Part shown: positions 16,960-25,144 of the stretch, one piece after another
Numbering within the stretch: the first letter of the stretch is position 1
Layout of the letters: every line of letters begins with the position of its first letter
Assembly (NCBI GenBank): GCA_964461285.1
Contig: CAYWUO010000002.1
Coordinates: forward strand, 1-33,269
Reading direction: 5' to 3'
Source of the DNA: an uncultured Pirellulales bacterium
GTDB lineage: Bacteria > Planctomycetota > Phycisphaerae > Sedimentisphaerales > Anaerobacaceae
DNA: 33,269 nucleotides
Notes under the pieces: model-generated
What the model saw: only the letters and a program-made list of their open reading frames with translations
Told to the model about the DNA's origin: nothing
The model's database searches: none
Position numbers and translations under genes: made by a program

Positions 16960-18375
16960 TCAGACCAGGAACTCGTTGTCAACTTCGGTTAGGGACCGGA
17001 TTTGCTGTGCTAAATCTTTGTATTCTTTGCCATCCTTGCCCATAAGAGCGAAGGTGGCTTCTTTACCCAGCTCAACAGCGGGCTGGTCATAAGGATTGAT
17101 GCCAAATAAGGCGCCGGCAAGTGAGGTTGTTACCTCGAACAAATAAATAAACTGGCCAACCGCATAGGCGTTTACTTCGGGCAAAACAATTGTAAGGCAG
17201 GGACGTTTGCTTTCCAAAAGGGCGAACTCAGTTGCCTTCTTTTCGCTGTTGAACAGTTCGCTCAAATCTTTATTGGCTAAATACTCGAGCTCAGGTGCGC
17301 AATCGGGAGCAGGGCCTATCTTAATGTCTCTGTTGAAATTTTCGACCTGAAGGAAAGTAAACAGTTTATCGTTAGGTCCTTCACGGTATAGCTGTACCTG
17401 GCTGTGCTGGTCGGTTGCTCCGAGTGCTTTTACAGGCGTTGGGCCGATATGCACTTCACTGCCGTCAAGGGCATAGGCCTTGCCGAGACTTTCTGCCCAG
17501 AGCTGGCGATACCAGTCGGTCAAATCCTTCAAATGGTAGCTGTATGGCATCATTACAGAAATCTTTTTACCTCGATTATAGTAGTGCCAGTTTATTGCTG
17601 CGATGATTGCAGCGGGATTTTTATAAAAATCCTCGCTGCTTACTCTTTTATCCATATCGCGGGCGCCTGCCAGAAGCGAATTGATGTCAATGCCACACAT
17701 AGCAGCGCTAAATAATCCGACATTGCTAAGGACGCTGAATCTGCCGCCGACACCTTCGGGAACAATAAGAGTTTTGAAACCTGCCTCGTCGGCCATATTA
17801 CGCAGAGTTCCTTTCTCTGCGTCGGTGGTTACAATGATTTGATTTTTCAGACCTTCTGGACCAATTCTATCAAGCAGCAGTTGACGAACAATTAAAAATT
17901 GAGCTGCTGTTTCTACGGTTTGGCCGGACTTGCTTATAACGTTAAATATCGTTTTGTCGAGCTTATCTTCTATCCAATCCAAAAATGAACCAAACTGTGC
18001 AGGGTCAACGTTGTCGAAAATAAATAGACGCGGCCCGTGCCGCTTGGCATCATCAATGTTGTGCATGTATGAATTCAGCGCGGTTTGTAAAGCTATGTTA
18101 CCCAGCGCGGAGCCGCCGATGCCGAGTACGACGAGATTTTCGCAATTATCCTCCACCTCTGAAACAAGGTCTTTGATTCTTTTGGTATTTTCTTTGCTAT
18201 AGGGCAGGTCTCTGTATGGTGTCTTACCGGCTTTTCTTTCGCTATTTAACTGAGTAATCGAAGGTGAAGTTTGTTTAGCTAAGATTTCAATTTGCTTTGT
18301 AGTTATTCCGTGCTCTTTGCCAATTACCTCAGCGGTGACGTTTTTGTAGTAGAGACTGATTTCTGATTCAGGCAC
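16960..18375 (-). CDS. pgi: glucose-6-phosphate isomerase
   Basis: Motifs: VVLGIGGSALG, ISKSGQTVET, GGRFSVLSNVGL, DQHSQVQLYREGP. GTG start 7 nt after AGGAG. 471 aa. Confidence 0.9.
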   Translation of the reverse strand: MPESEISLYYKNVTAEVIGKEHGITTKQIEILAKQTSPSITQLNSERKAGKTPYRDLPYSKENTKRIKDLVSEVEDNCENLVVLGIGGSALGNIALQTALNSYMHNIDDAKRHGPRLFIFDNVDPAQFGSFLDWIEDKLDKTIFNVISKSGQTVETAAQFLIVRQLLLDRIGPEGLKNQIIVTTDAEKGTLRNMADEAGFKTLIVPEGVGGRFSVLSNVGLFSAAMCGIDINSLLAGARDMDKRVSSEDFYKNPAAIIAAINWHYYNRGKKISVMMPYSYHLKDLTDWYRQLWAESLGKAYALDGSEVHIGPTPVKALGATDQHSQVQLYREGPNDKLFTFLQVENFNRDIKIGPAPDCAPELEYLANKDLSELFNSEKKATEFALLESKRPCLTIVLPEVNAYAVGQFIYLFEVTTSLAGALFGINPYDQPAVELGKEATFALMGKDGKEYKDLAQQIRSLTEVDNEFLV

Positions 18376-18443
18376 TTAGATACTCCTTTTGTAACTGTTA
18401 ACCTTTTTTTATTAAAGGCTTGGGTCTGCAACAACACTATAGG

Positions 18444-20573
18444 CTACATATTTACCTTTGAAAGTTTGGCGTATTTTAGCATCAGTGATTTTGTCTGTCC
18501 AGAATTGAATTTGACCACGACGACGCTGTTTTCGCCCATATCGATAAACTCTTTGACCCTGCCAAGGCCGAAGATGCTGTGTCGAACCACGTCTCCTGTA
18601 TCGAACTGCGGGGCGTCTTCATCGTAGTCATCATTGTCATAGTATTGCTCTTTTTGTGCGGATTCATCGAAGTCAATCCCCAGTTCAAAAAGAAACTGCG
18701 AGGGTATCGTCCGCAGCAATTGGCCACGTATGGTTCGGTATCGTGCATAGCTGATATATAGGCCGGTTTTGGCTCGTGTTATACCCACGAAAAAGAGCCG
18801 GCGTTCCTCTTCGAGCTCGGCGTCATCTTCGCCCGAGTTACTTCTTTCGTGTGGCAGTAAACCCTGTTCGACGCCGACGATAAAGACATTTTCAAATTCA
18901 AGCCCTTTTGCAGTATGTAATGTCATCAGTGCGACTCTATTGCTGGATGCATCGTAAGAGTCGGTATCATTAAAAAGAGCTATTTGTTGTAAGTAATCGA
19001 GAAGTGTCGGCTGCTCTGTTTGTTTATCATACAGGGCTGCGGCGTTTATAAGCTCATTTATATTCTCGATTGCATTTTGTCCTTCGGAGCCGGATTCTTT
19101 AAGCGACTTTTCCAGGCTGGATTCGATAAAGACGCGTTCTGCAAGTGGTGCAACCTCGCCTTCGATATCTTTTCTGAAGGTCTCGAGCATTTTGACAAAG
19201 CGGGCAATCTTTGCTTTTGGTGCTTTGGAAAGAGAATCGATACTATTTGCTTTTTTCAAAGCATCGAAAAAACTTTTATTATGCAAAGCAGCATAGGCGC
19301 GGATTCTGTCGATTGTGGTTTTTCCAATACCGCGTGCAGGTGTATTGATAATACGCAATAACGCAATTTCATCGTCGGGATTAACGAGCACCTTCAAATA
19401 GGCGAGCAGGTCGCGAATTTCCTTTCTGTTGTAGAACTCCACGCCTCTGACAATCTGATAGGGTATTTTATTTTGAATAAACGCTTCTTCGATCGCCCGG
19501 CTCTGGGCATTGACGCGATAAAATACGGCTATATCTTTTAGCGAGGCGTCTTCACTTTTTAGCTGTTTTATCTGCTGAGCGATGGCCTTTGTCTCTTCGT
19601 TTTCATCTTCAAAAGCTCTTATAACGGCATCGGTACTGCTGGGTTTTGTCGGGACCAGCTTTTTTTCTTTTCGGTCCTGGTTGTTTACTATCAAATTATC
19701 GGCAATAGTGAGGATATTTGGTGTGCTGCGGAAGTTTTCCTCCAGTCTTACAACGACAGCATTGGGCCAGTCTTTTTCGAAATTTAATATGTTGCGGATG
19801 TCAGCACCACGCCAGCGGTAAATCGACTGGTCGGGGTCACCCGTTGCGCAGATATTGTTGTGTTGTGAAGCAAGGGCTTTAGCTATTGCATATTGTGCGT
19901 AATTGGTGTCCTGATATTCGTCGATGAGCAGGAATTTGAAACGATTTGACAGCTCGCGGCAGGTATCTTCACAATTCTGCAGTAAAAACGCCGTCTTCAT
20001 CAATAAATCATCGAAATCCAGGCCGTTTCGCTCGTCTAAGATACTCTGATAGCGGGCATATATTTTAGATAATGTTTCGGTAAAAAAATCATCGGTTTTT
20101 GTCTTGAATGTATCGACGTCTATGAGGTTATTTTTCAGGCGTGTGGAAATTGCATCGAGCATACGGGCCGGCGGAAAGTTAGTTGTATCAAGCTCGCAGT
20201 CTTTTACCGCCTGTTTGATGCATATGGTCTGGTCGGACTGGTCGTAGATACTAAAGTTGGGATTTATGCCAGCCTTATCGGCATACTTTCGCAGAATTCT
20301 AACACACAAAGAGTGAAAAGTGCTGATATGGGCGCCACCAGAAGCTCCGAGAGCGGTTGCCCTTTGACGCATTTCATCGGCGGCTTTATTTGTGAATGTT
20401 ATTGCACAAATATTGTATGGCTGGACGCCCGAATCGATAAGGGCTGAGATTCGGTGTGTAATGACACGTGTTTTACCGCTGCCCGGGCCCGCAATAACAA
20501 GCAGGGGTCCTTCAATATGAAGGACAGCTTTTTTCTGTGAAGGAGTTAGTTGTCTTGAGAGTGTATGGTGCAT
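18444..20573 (-). CDS. uvrD: ATP-dependent DNA helicase, UvrD/PcrA/Rep family (SF1A)
   Basis: Motifs: Walker A AGPGSGKT, TFTNKAA, DEYQDTN, GDPDQSIYRWRGA, ENFRS, TLHTAKGLEFENVF, and VGITRA. C-terminal Tudor-like tail: GDVVRHSIFGLGRV. Confidence 0.9.
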   Translation of the reverse strand: MHHTLSRQLTPSQKKAVLHIEGPLLVIAGPGSGKTRVITHRISALIDSGVQPYNICAITFTNKAADEMRQRATALGASGGAHISTFHSLCVRILRKYADKAGINPNFSIYDQSDQTICIKQAVKDCELDTTNFPPARMLDAISTRLKNNLIDVDTFKTKTDDFFTETLSKIYARYQSILDERNGLDFDDLLMKTAFLLQNCEDTCRELSNRFKFLLIDEYQDTNYAQYAIAKALASQHNNICATGDPDQSIYRWRGADIRNILNFEKDWPNAVVVRLEENFRSTPNILTIADNLIVNNQDRKEKKLVPTKPSSTDAVIRAFEDENEETKAIAQQIKQLKSEDASLKDIAVFYRVNAQSRAIEEAFIQNKIPYQIVRGVEFYNRKEIRDLLAYLKVLVNPDDEIALLRIINTPARGIGKTTIDRIRAYAALHNKSFFDALKKANSIDSLSKAPKAKIARFVKMLETFRKDIEGEVAPLAERVFIESSLEKSLKESGSEGQNAIENINELINAAALYDKQTEQPTLLDYLQQIALFNDTDSYDASSNRVALMTLHTAKGLEFENVFIVGVEQGLLPHERSNSGEDDAELEEERRLFFVGITRAKTGLYISYARYRTIRGQLLRTIPSQFLFELGIDFDESAQKEQYYDNDDYDEDAPQFDTGDVVRHSIFGLGRVKEFIDMGENSVVVVKFNSGQTKSLMLKYAKLSKVNM

Positions 20574-20597
20574 AGCTTTTGCCAGATGGGTGCGTTG

Positions 20598-22370
20598 TCA
20601 TTTTTTTTGCTCTAACTGTTTTATAAAATTTTCCTCCTGTTGCTTTAGTTGCTCGGCAAGTTCGGGCCTTTCAACATCTATCCGTCCAAGCAAGCTCTGC
20701 CTTAGATAGATTGGGTACCGCTGGTCATTAAGAAAATCCATAAGCGCAAGGTATCTTAACAACGGGAATCGAGGCAGGTCGATCCTGCCTTCGTCGCCGA
20801 ATTTTGATAGGTAATGGCTATGGATTTCTTCAGCCAGTTTTTCTCTGCCGAATGCAGTATCGTCATCGCGGATTGCATATAAATAATAGCTTTCTATAAG
20901 GAGGAACAATATCTGCTCTTTTGCGTCATTTATACCTATATTGCCGAGTTCTTCGAGCATCCTTTTCCTTGCGAAAACAAGCAGGGGGACTTCAAATTCT
21001 TCTCTTGGATATCGCTGCTTTAGTTGCGTGTAAATTTTTTGTGCCTGGTCCTTATGGCCTGATTGATAGAAGGAAAGCACGGCATTTGTGAGCATATTTC
21101 TGTGTCCGTTTTGAAATGATTCATAGGTTCCCCTGTCTGATGACTCTTTATGTTTTGCGAGGATTGCCAGCACGGCATTGTTATATGGTTCGAACATTCT
21201 GAGGTCTGGTCTTAAAAATATTTCTTTAATGAGTTGTTGGGTCGGCTGTGAAGAAGAGTCTTGCGATATTTGAACTGGTATATCATATATGAGTATTTTT
21301 CCGTTGCGGAAGAGGTTTTGCAGGCTATGGGCTACGATACGGTCGGAGTTTGTCTCGGCGACATCAATCTCTTTGTCTTTTTCCTTAATTGCCTGCTTCA
21401 AACCTTTTACTGCCCAGTAAATTGCGTGACTATCGGGGTGGCGCCAATCCAGAGACAAATGTGTATTTGGGTCACTGAAGTCTATTGGGCCGAAAGTTTT
21501 ATTTATTTCAAGCATCAAGGAAGGGTCAAGTTTCCATGCTTTGCGCAGATGATATGCCTTGGCGAAAATATCAAATTTTTTAAGTGTTTCTGTGCCTCTG
21601 AAATCATCTATTACCTTGCTGGCAGCGGGATTAAATCTGCTTGCGTTTTGCCGTAATAACACATAATTGCTGACAAACTCGGCGCCATCAGTGGAGAATG
21701 CAACGTCGGCAGATGCCAGTTCCGTAATTAGTTCGTTGGCATCATTTTTAATGACCTCCCAGTCTGTAGGTGCCTTTGCAAGTGTTTCGAGGTATTCATT
21801 ATCACCGGCGCCGAGCAGCGGTTCCATTGCCGAAGCCAGCTGAAGTTTGTAATATTTGTGCGCGTCATCTGTTACACCGCCTATTTTATGTTGAAATATT
21901 CTGGCAAGTTCGCGATAGAGCGCAAGGTTCTTTGGATTCCATCGAATGCCCTTATCACGGAGCAGCTCATAGCCGTTTCTTACCCAAAGCCAGCGTTGGT
22001 CCGGCTGGGTTGCAGGCATCGCAGCGGAAATGTTATAAGCCATATTCCAGGCCTGAAATTCCCACACCGCTGCGAAGCGGGGCTGCAATGTAGTTATCCA
22101 GTCGGCGAGTTGTTTGGCGTCAAAGAACTGTCCTTCTTGTTTGAGGTTATCTGCCCGCATCCATAAGACATCTACGACCAGACCTCGAAAAGCCCCCGTT
22201 GCAACAGTTGCAAATGCCAGCGTAGGGGGAACGTTTTCGGGCTTGTCGATAATCAGGTTCATTTGCTCTCGCTGCAAGTTTATATAGTCCAGCCATACAC
22301 CGGCGGCAATAAGAAAAAAGGCCGTAAGCAAAATACATACGAACCGGATTATCGTATCACGTAAACGCAT
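20598..22370 (-). CDS. hypothetical membrane-anchored protein (590 aa), Trp/Tyr-rich and probably all-alpha, no family recognised
   Basis: Single N-terminal hydrophobic segment: FVCILLTAFFLIAAGVWL. Distinctive blocks: VDVLWMRADNLKQEGQFFDAKQLADWITTLQPRFAAVWEFQAWNMAYNIS and WRHPDSHAIYWAVKGL. It lies directly downstream of the ABC-2 permease. Confidence 0.7.
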   Translation of the reverse strand: MRLRDTIIRFVCILLTAFFLIAAGVWLDYINLQREQMNLIIDKPENVPPTLAFATVATGAFRGLVVDVLWMRADNLKQEGQFFDAKQLADWITTLQPRFAAVWEFQAWNMAYNISAAMPATQPDQRWLWVRNGYELLRDKGIRWNPKNLALYRELARIFQHKIGGVTDDAHKYYKLQLASAMEPLLGAGDNEYLETLAKAPTDWEVIKNDANELITELASADVAFSTDGAEFVSNYVLLRQNASRFNPAASKVIDDFRGTETLKKFDIFAKAYHLRKAWKLDPSLMLEINKTFGPIDFSDPNTHLSLDWRHPDSHAIYWAVKGLKQAIKEKDKEIDVAETNSDRIVAHSLQNLFRNGKILIYDIPVQISQDSSSQPTQQLIKEIFLRPDLRMFEPYNNAVLAILAKHKESSDRGTYESFQNGHRNMLTNAVLSFYQSGHKDQAQKIYTQLKQRYPREEFEVPLLVFARKRMLEELGNIGINDAKEQILFLLIESYYLYAIRDDDTAFGREKLAEEIHSHYLSKFGDEGRIDLPRFPLLRYLALMDFLNDQRYPIYLRQSLLGRIDVERPELAEQLKQQEENFIKQLEQKK

Positions 22371-22390
22371 AAAGAAAGTTTTACACGTAG

Positions 22391-22409
22391 CACGGGCTTC
22401 CAGCCCGTG
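22391..22409 (-). other. intercistronic 7-bp GC-rich stem-loop between the ABC-2 permease and the 590-aa gene
   Basis: Read directly: cacgggc-ttcca-gcccgtg. No clear U-run follows on the transcribed strand, so it is more likely an mRNA processing or stability element than a strong terminator. Confidence 0.25.
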
Positions 22410-22422
22410 AAAACACGGTGCC

Positions 22423-23793
22423 TTATATTATAATTTTCGCAATTTCTCTATAACTGAAGATTAATAAACCAAGAAGCAGTAATAAAAACGCCTTGATACA
22501 AACCAGTGAAATAGCGGCTTTTGTCAGTAAAAACCAGCTCAATAGTTGCGCAGGAACCAGAAATTTCGTGGGATTGAATTTGTCGAACTGAGGTAACAGC
22601 AATATCATCGGTCTGGCGGTATAACGATAAATGTTACTTATACCTTCACTTAGAGAGTCAAAGGATTCCAGACAAAAGCTGCTGAAACTTGCAGTGAGAA
22701 AAATTACCAGGCAAAGTAGTATTGCAACAGGGAACGAGAGAAAAGTCGCGGCTAATATTCCCAAACAGGCCAGGAAAATTAAACGAAGTAATATTAAAAG
22801 AGCGGCCCTTATAAAATTGGCGGTAAAAGTACCGGCCTTATAAAGCACCTTTGGGTCTTCTGAGAAGATTACTACCGTGTTGTTCACAGGGACATTCAAG
22901 AAACCGACAGCCAGATGGCCGTCTTTGGGGACCACCTGGGCGGGAAAAACAATTTCGTGAAAAGTTTGTATTGAATGCGAGTGTACGCCGTCATAAACAG
23001 GGGTTTCACCCTGAACACCGTACCTGATATATTGATAGTCACCTATGAACCATCTGCCGTAAACAGGCAAATCGGACGGGCTTATTCCTGAGACATCGTA
23101 TTTGAATTTTATAAATAAGCTCCCGTTAGGGTCGGCAGGTTTCACGTTTTTAAATTCCCAGAGCAAATCATGGCCGACCGCAGCAGCTCGTTTCTCAAGT
23201 TGTTTTTGGTTGGTAAGCTGAGTGATGATTTCTTTTCGCGGTATACCCTGGAACATTTCGTCGAGCTGGCCGCTTGCCTTGAGCTTGTTGTAAGTATCGA
23301 GGACTTCCTGTGTGATATCGATTTCAACGGGCGTTAAATCAATGCGTGCGGTGAAAAACTCGTTATCCGCTTCGGCACGCTGAGCCTCGCTTGCGTTGAT
23401 AAATTTAGGTGTATAAATCGTAATAGTGTATATTATTGCCGAAAAGAGAATAAGCAAGCCCACATCCAGTAATATTACTCCGAGCAATTTTCCGAGAAGA
23501 AGCTGATAACGGCGAATGGGTTTGGTAAGAACAGTATATATTTGTTTTTGTTCGATATCACTTGTTAATGAATAAATCGAAACTATTATCGTGAGCAGAC
23601 ACAGCAGGAAACTCGTAAGCGATAGCCCATAGCTTACGAATGTTTGCAGCCGGCCTTTTAAGGTGCCGTCGCCTGTTGTCGTTAGCCCCATTACCGGCAG
23701 CAGTATAACCAGCAGGATTATAAAAACAGCGGCAAATTTCAACCGCAAAGCCTGCTTTACAGTGTTTGTGGCGACAGCCCAGATACTATGCAT
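22423..23793 (-). CDS. ABC-2 family permease (NosY-like, COG1277-type) with a ~200-aa soluble insertion
   Basis: ORF track 22423..23856. The start was moved to the ATG at 23793 (MHSIWAVATNTVKQALR), giving an 8-nt overlap with the ATPase stop. Family motif: SDIEQKQIYTVLTKPIRRYQLLLGKLLG. Multiple TM segments, plus a long non-hydrophobic region from FINASEAQRAE to KVLYKAGT. Confidence 0.75.
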   Translation of the reverse strand: MHSIWAVATNTVKQALRLKFAAVFIILLVILLPVMGLTTTGDGTLKGRLQTFVSYGLSLTSFLLCLLTIIVSIYSLTSDIEQKQIYTVLTKPIRRYQLLLGKLLGVILLDVGLLILFSAIIYTITIYTPKFINASEAQRAEADNEFFTARIDLTPVEIDITQEVLDTYNKLKASGQLDEMFQGIPRKEIITQLTNQKQLEKRAAAVGHDLLWEFKNVKPADPNGSLFIKFKYDVSGISPSDLPVYGRWFIGDYQYIRYGVQGETPVYDGVHSHSIQTFHEIVFPAQVVPKDGHLAVGFLNVPVNNTVVIFSEDPKVLYKAGTFTANFIRAALLILLRLIFLACLGILAATFLSFPVAILLCLVIFLTASFSSFCLESFDSLSEGISNIYRYTARPMILLLPQFDKFNPTKFLVPAQLLSWFLLTKAAISLVCIKAFLLLLLGLLIFSYREIAKIII

Positions 23794-25072
23794 CGCCGGG
23801 GTCTCCTGCCTGGGAGTTATCTGTTTGCCCGCCTTGAAGCCCTTGAGAAAGCTCACTATCGGCTTTTTGGTCTTTTGTCCTGGGGACTCCTTGCGGAGAA
23901 CGGGCTGTGAGCTGGTCTAAAATGGTCTTTTTAATTTGCTCTTGCTGGTCGGTTTTCGGTGAGCCTGGTCGAGACGCTTCGCCTTCAACCGGTTTGGTTT
24001 CAGCTGGTTTAGACGGCCCGGTTAGTTTGCCGAGCAGGTCTCCATCCGGCTTCGGTTCGGTGGTCTCGACAGGGACGACCTGTTCAGTCGTTGCTGTTTC
24101 TTTGGGAGAGGTTTTTTCAGATACCGAGGCTGAAACAAGTTTATCGAGAATGTCTTCCGCAGAGACTTCGGACGAAAGAAAACCGCTGACATTTGTTGAA
24201 CTGACTGCTCCACTTGTAGGCAGTGCCTGATGCTGGGCTGTAGTAACGGTCTTGATAAAAAATGTTTCGAGCTTATCCATCGGCGAGCTGATGTCGAACT
24301 GTGCCTGTTCCTGTTGGATTATCTGCTTTATTTTCTCAATGGCGGTATCGCTTATCGCATCCGTGGTGATTTGTTTTTTATTTGTCTGCTGCAGAAGCTC
24401 CTTGACCTGTCCCTCGGTCTGGATTTTACCGCCATAGAGGATTGCAATTCTGTCACATACATCTTCAACATCTGCGAGCAGATGACTGCATAATAAAATT
24501 GTCTTACCGCGTTTTTTCAGCTCCAGGATTAGGTCTTTTATCTGCCTTGTTCCGATAGGGTCGAGTCCGGTTGTCGGCTCATCCAGTATAAGCAGGTCCG
24601 GGTCGTTTATAAGGGCCTGTGCCAGGCCGATTCTGCGTGCCATACCTTTTGAAAACGTCCCAACGGGCCTGTTTGCGACCGCCTTTAGGCCGACCATATC
24701 CAGCAGTGCTTCGATGCGCATTTTCCGCACTTTCGCGCGTAGTCCGAATAATCTGCCATAGAAATCCAGAGTTTCGCGGGCATTCAAATATCTATAGAGG
24801 TAAGATTCTTCCGGCAGAAATCCGATTCTGGCATTGATTTTAGGGTCACTGCCGTCACCTCCAAGAACAATGGCCTTTCCCTTTGTCGGATAAAGTAAGC
24901 CAAGCAGCATCTTAATGGTGGTTGTTTTACCCGAGCCGTTGGGACCCAATAGGCCGAAGACCTCGTTGTAGCGGACCTTTAAATTCAGCTCGTCAACGGC
25001 GCGGACTCTTTCACGACCCCACCAGTCGGAAAAAATCTTCGTTAAAGATAAAGTCTCAACCGCATATTCCAT
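23786..25072 (-). CDS. ABC transporter ATP-binding protein with ~140-aa acidic Pro/Thr/Glu-rich disordered C-terminal tail
   Basis: Walker A GPNGSGKTT, Q-loop GFLPEE, signature FSKGMARR, Walker B LLILDEPTTGLD, and H-loop CSHLL. The start was set at MEYAVETLSL (ATG at 25072, with AGGA 9 nt upstream). The ORF track allows 25102. Confidence 0.9.
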   Translation of the reverse strand: MEYAVETLSLTKIFSDWWGRERVRAVDELNLKVRYNEVFGLLGPNGSGKTTTIKMLLGLLYPTKGKAIVLGGDGSDPKINARIGFLPEESYLYRYLNARETLDFYGRLFGLRAKVRKMRIEALLDMVGLKAVANRPVGTFSKGMARRIGLAQALINDPDLLILDEPTTGLDPIGTRQIKDLILELKKRGKTILLCSHLLADVEDVCDRIAILYGGKIQTEGQVKELLQQTNKKQITTDAISDTAIEKIKQIIQQEQAQFDISSPMDKLETFFIKTVTTAQHQALPTSGAVSSTNVSGFLSSEVSAEDILDKLVSASVSEKTSPKETATTEQVVPVETTEPKPDGDLLGKLTGPSKPAETKPVEGEASRPGSPKTDQQEQIKKTILDQLTARSPQGVPRTKDQKADSELSQGLQGGQTDNSQAGDPGDA

Positions 25073-25144
25073 AGTTTCGTATCCTGTTCTCTGGTCTCGC
25101 ATCCTGCATTACTGATACCCTGCTATCCTGATGTCTTGATATTC

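Noticed and set aside
18444-20573. UvrD-family helicase as part of a defence system (for example a Gabija- or Hachiman-like helicase partner)
   Set aside because: It has the full housekeeping PcrA/UvrD motif set and the C-terminal Tudor-like tail. It has no nuclease, ATPase or other defence-type partner, and it sits among pgi, manC and ruvX.
23786-23856. 71-nt overlap between the ABC ATPase and permease ORFs, considered as a possible programmed frameshift or fusion
   Set aside because: An internal ATG at 23793 (MHSIWAV...) gives an ordinary 8-nt overlap typical of translational coupling. No slippery sequence was noted.
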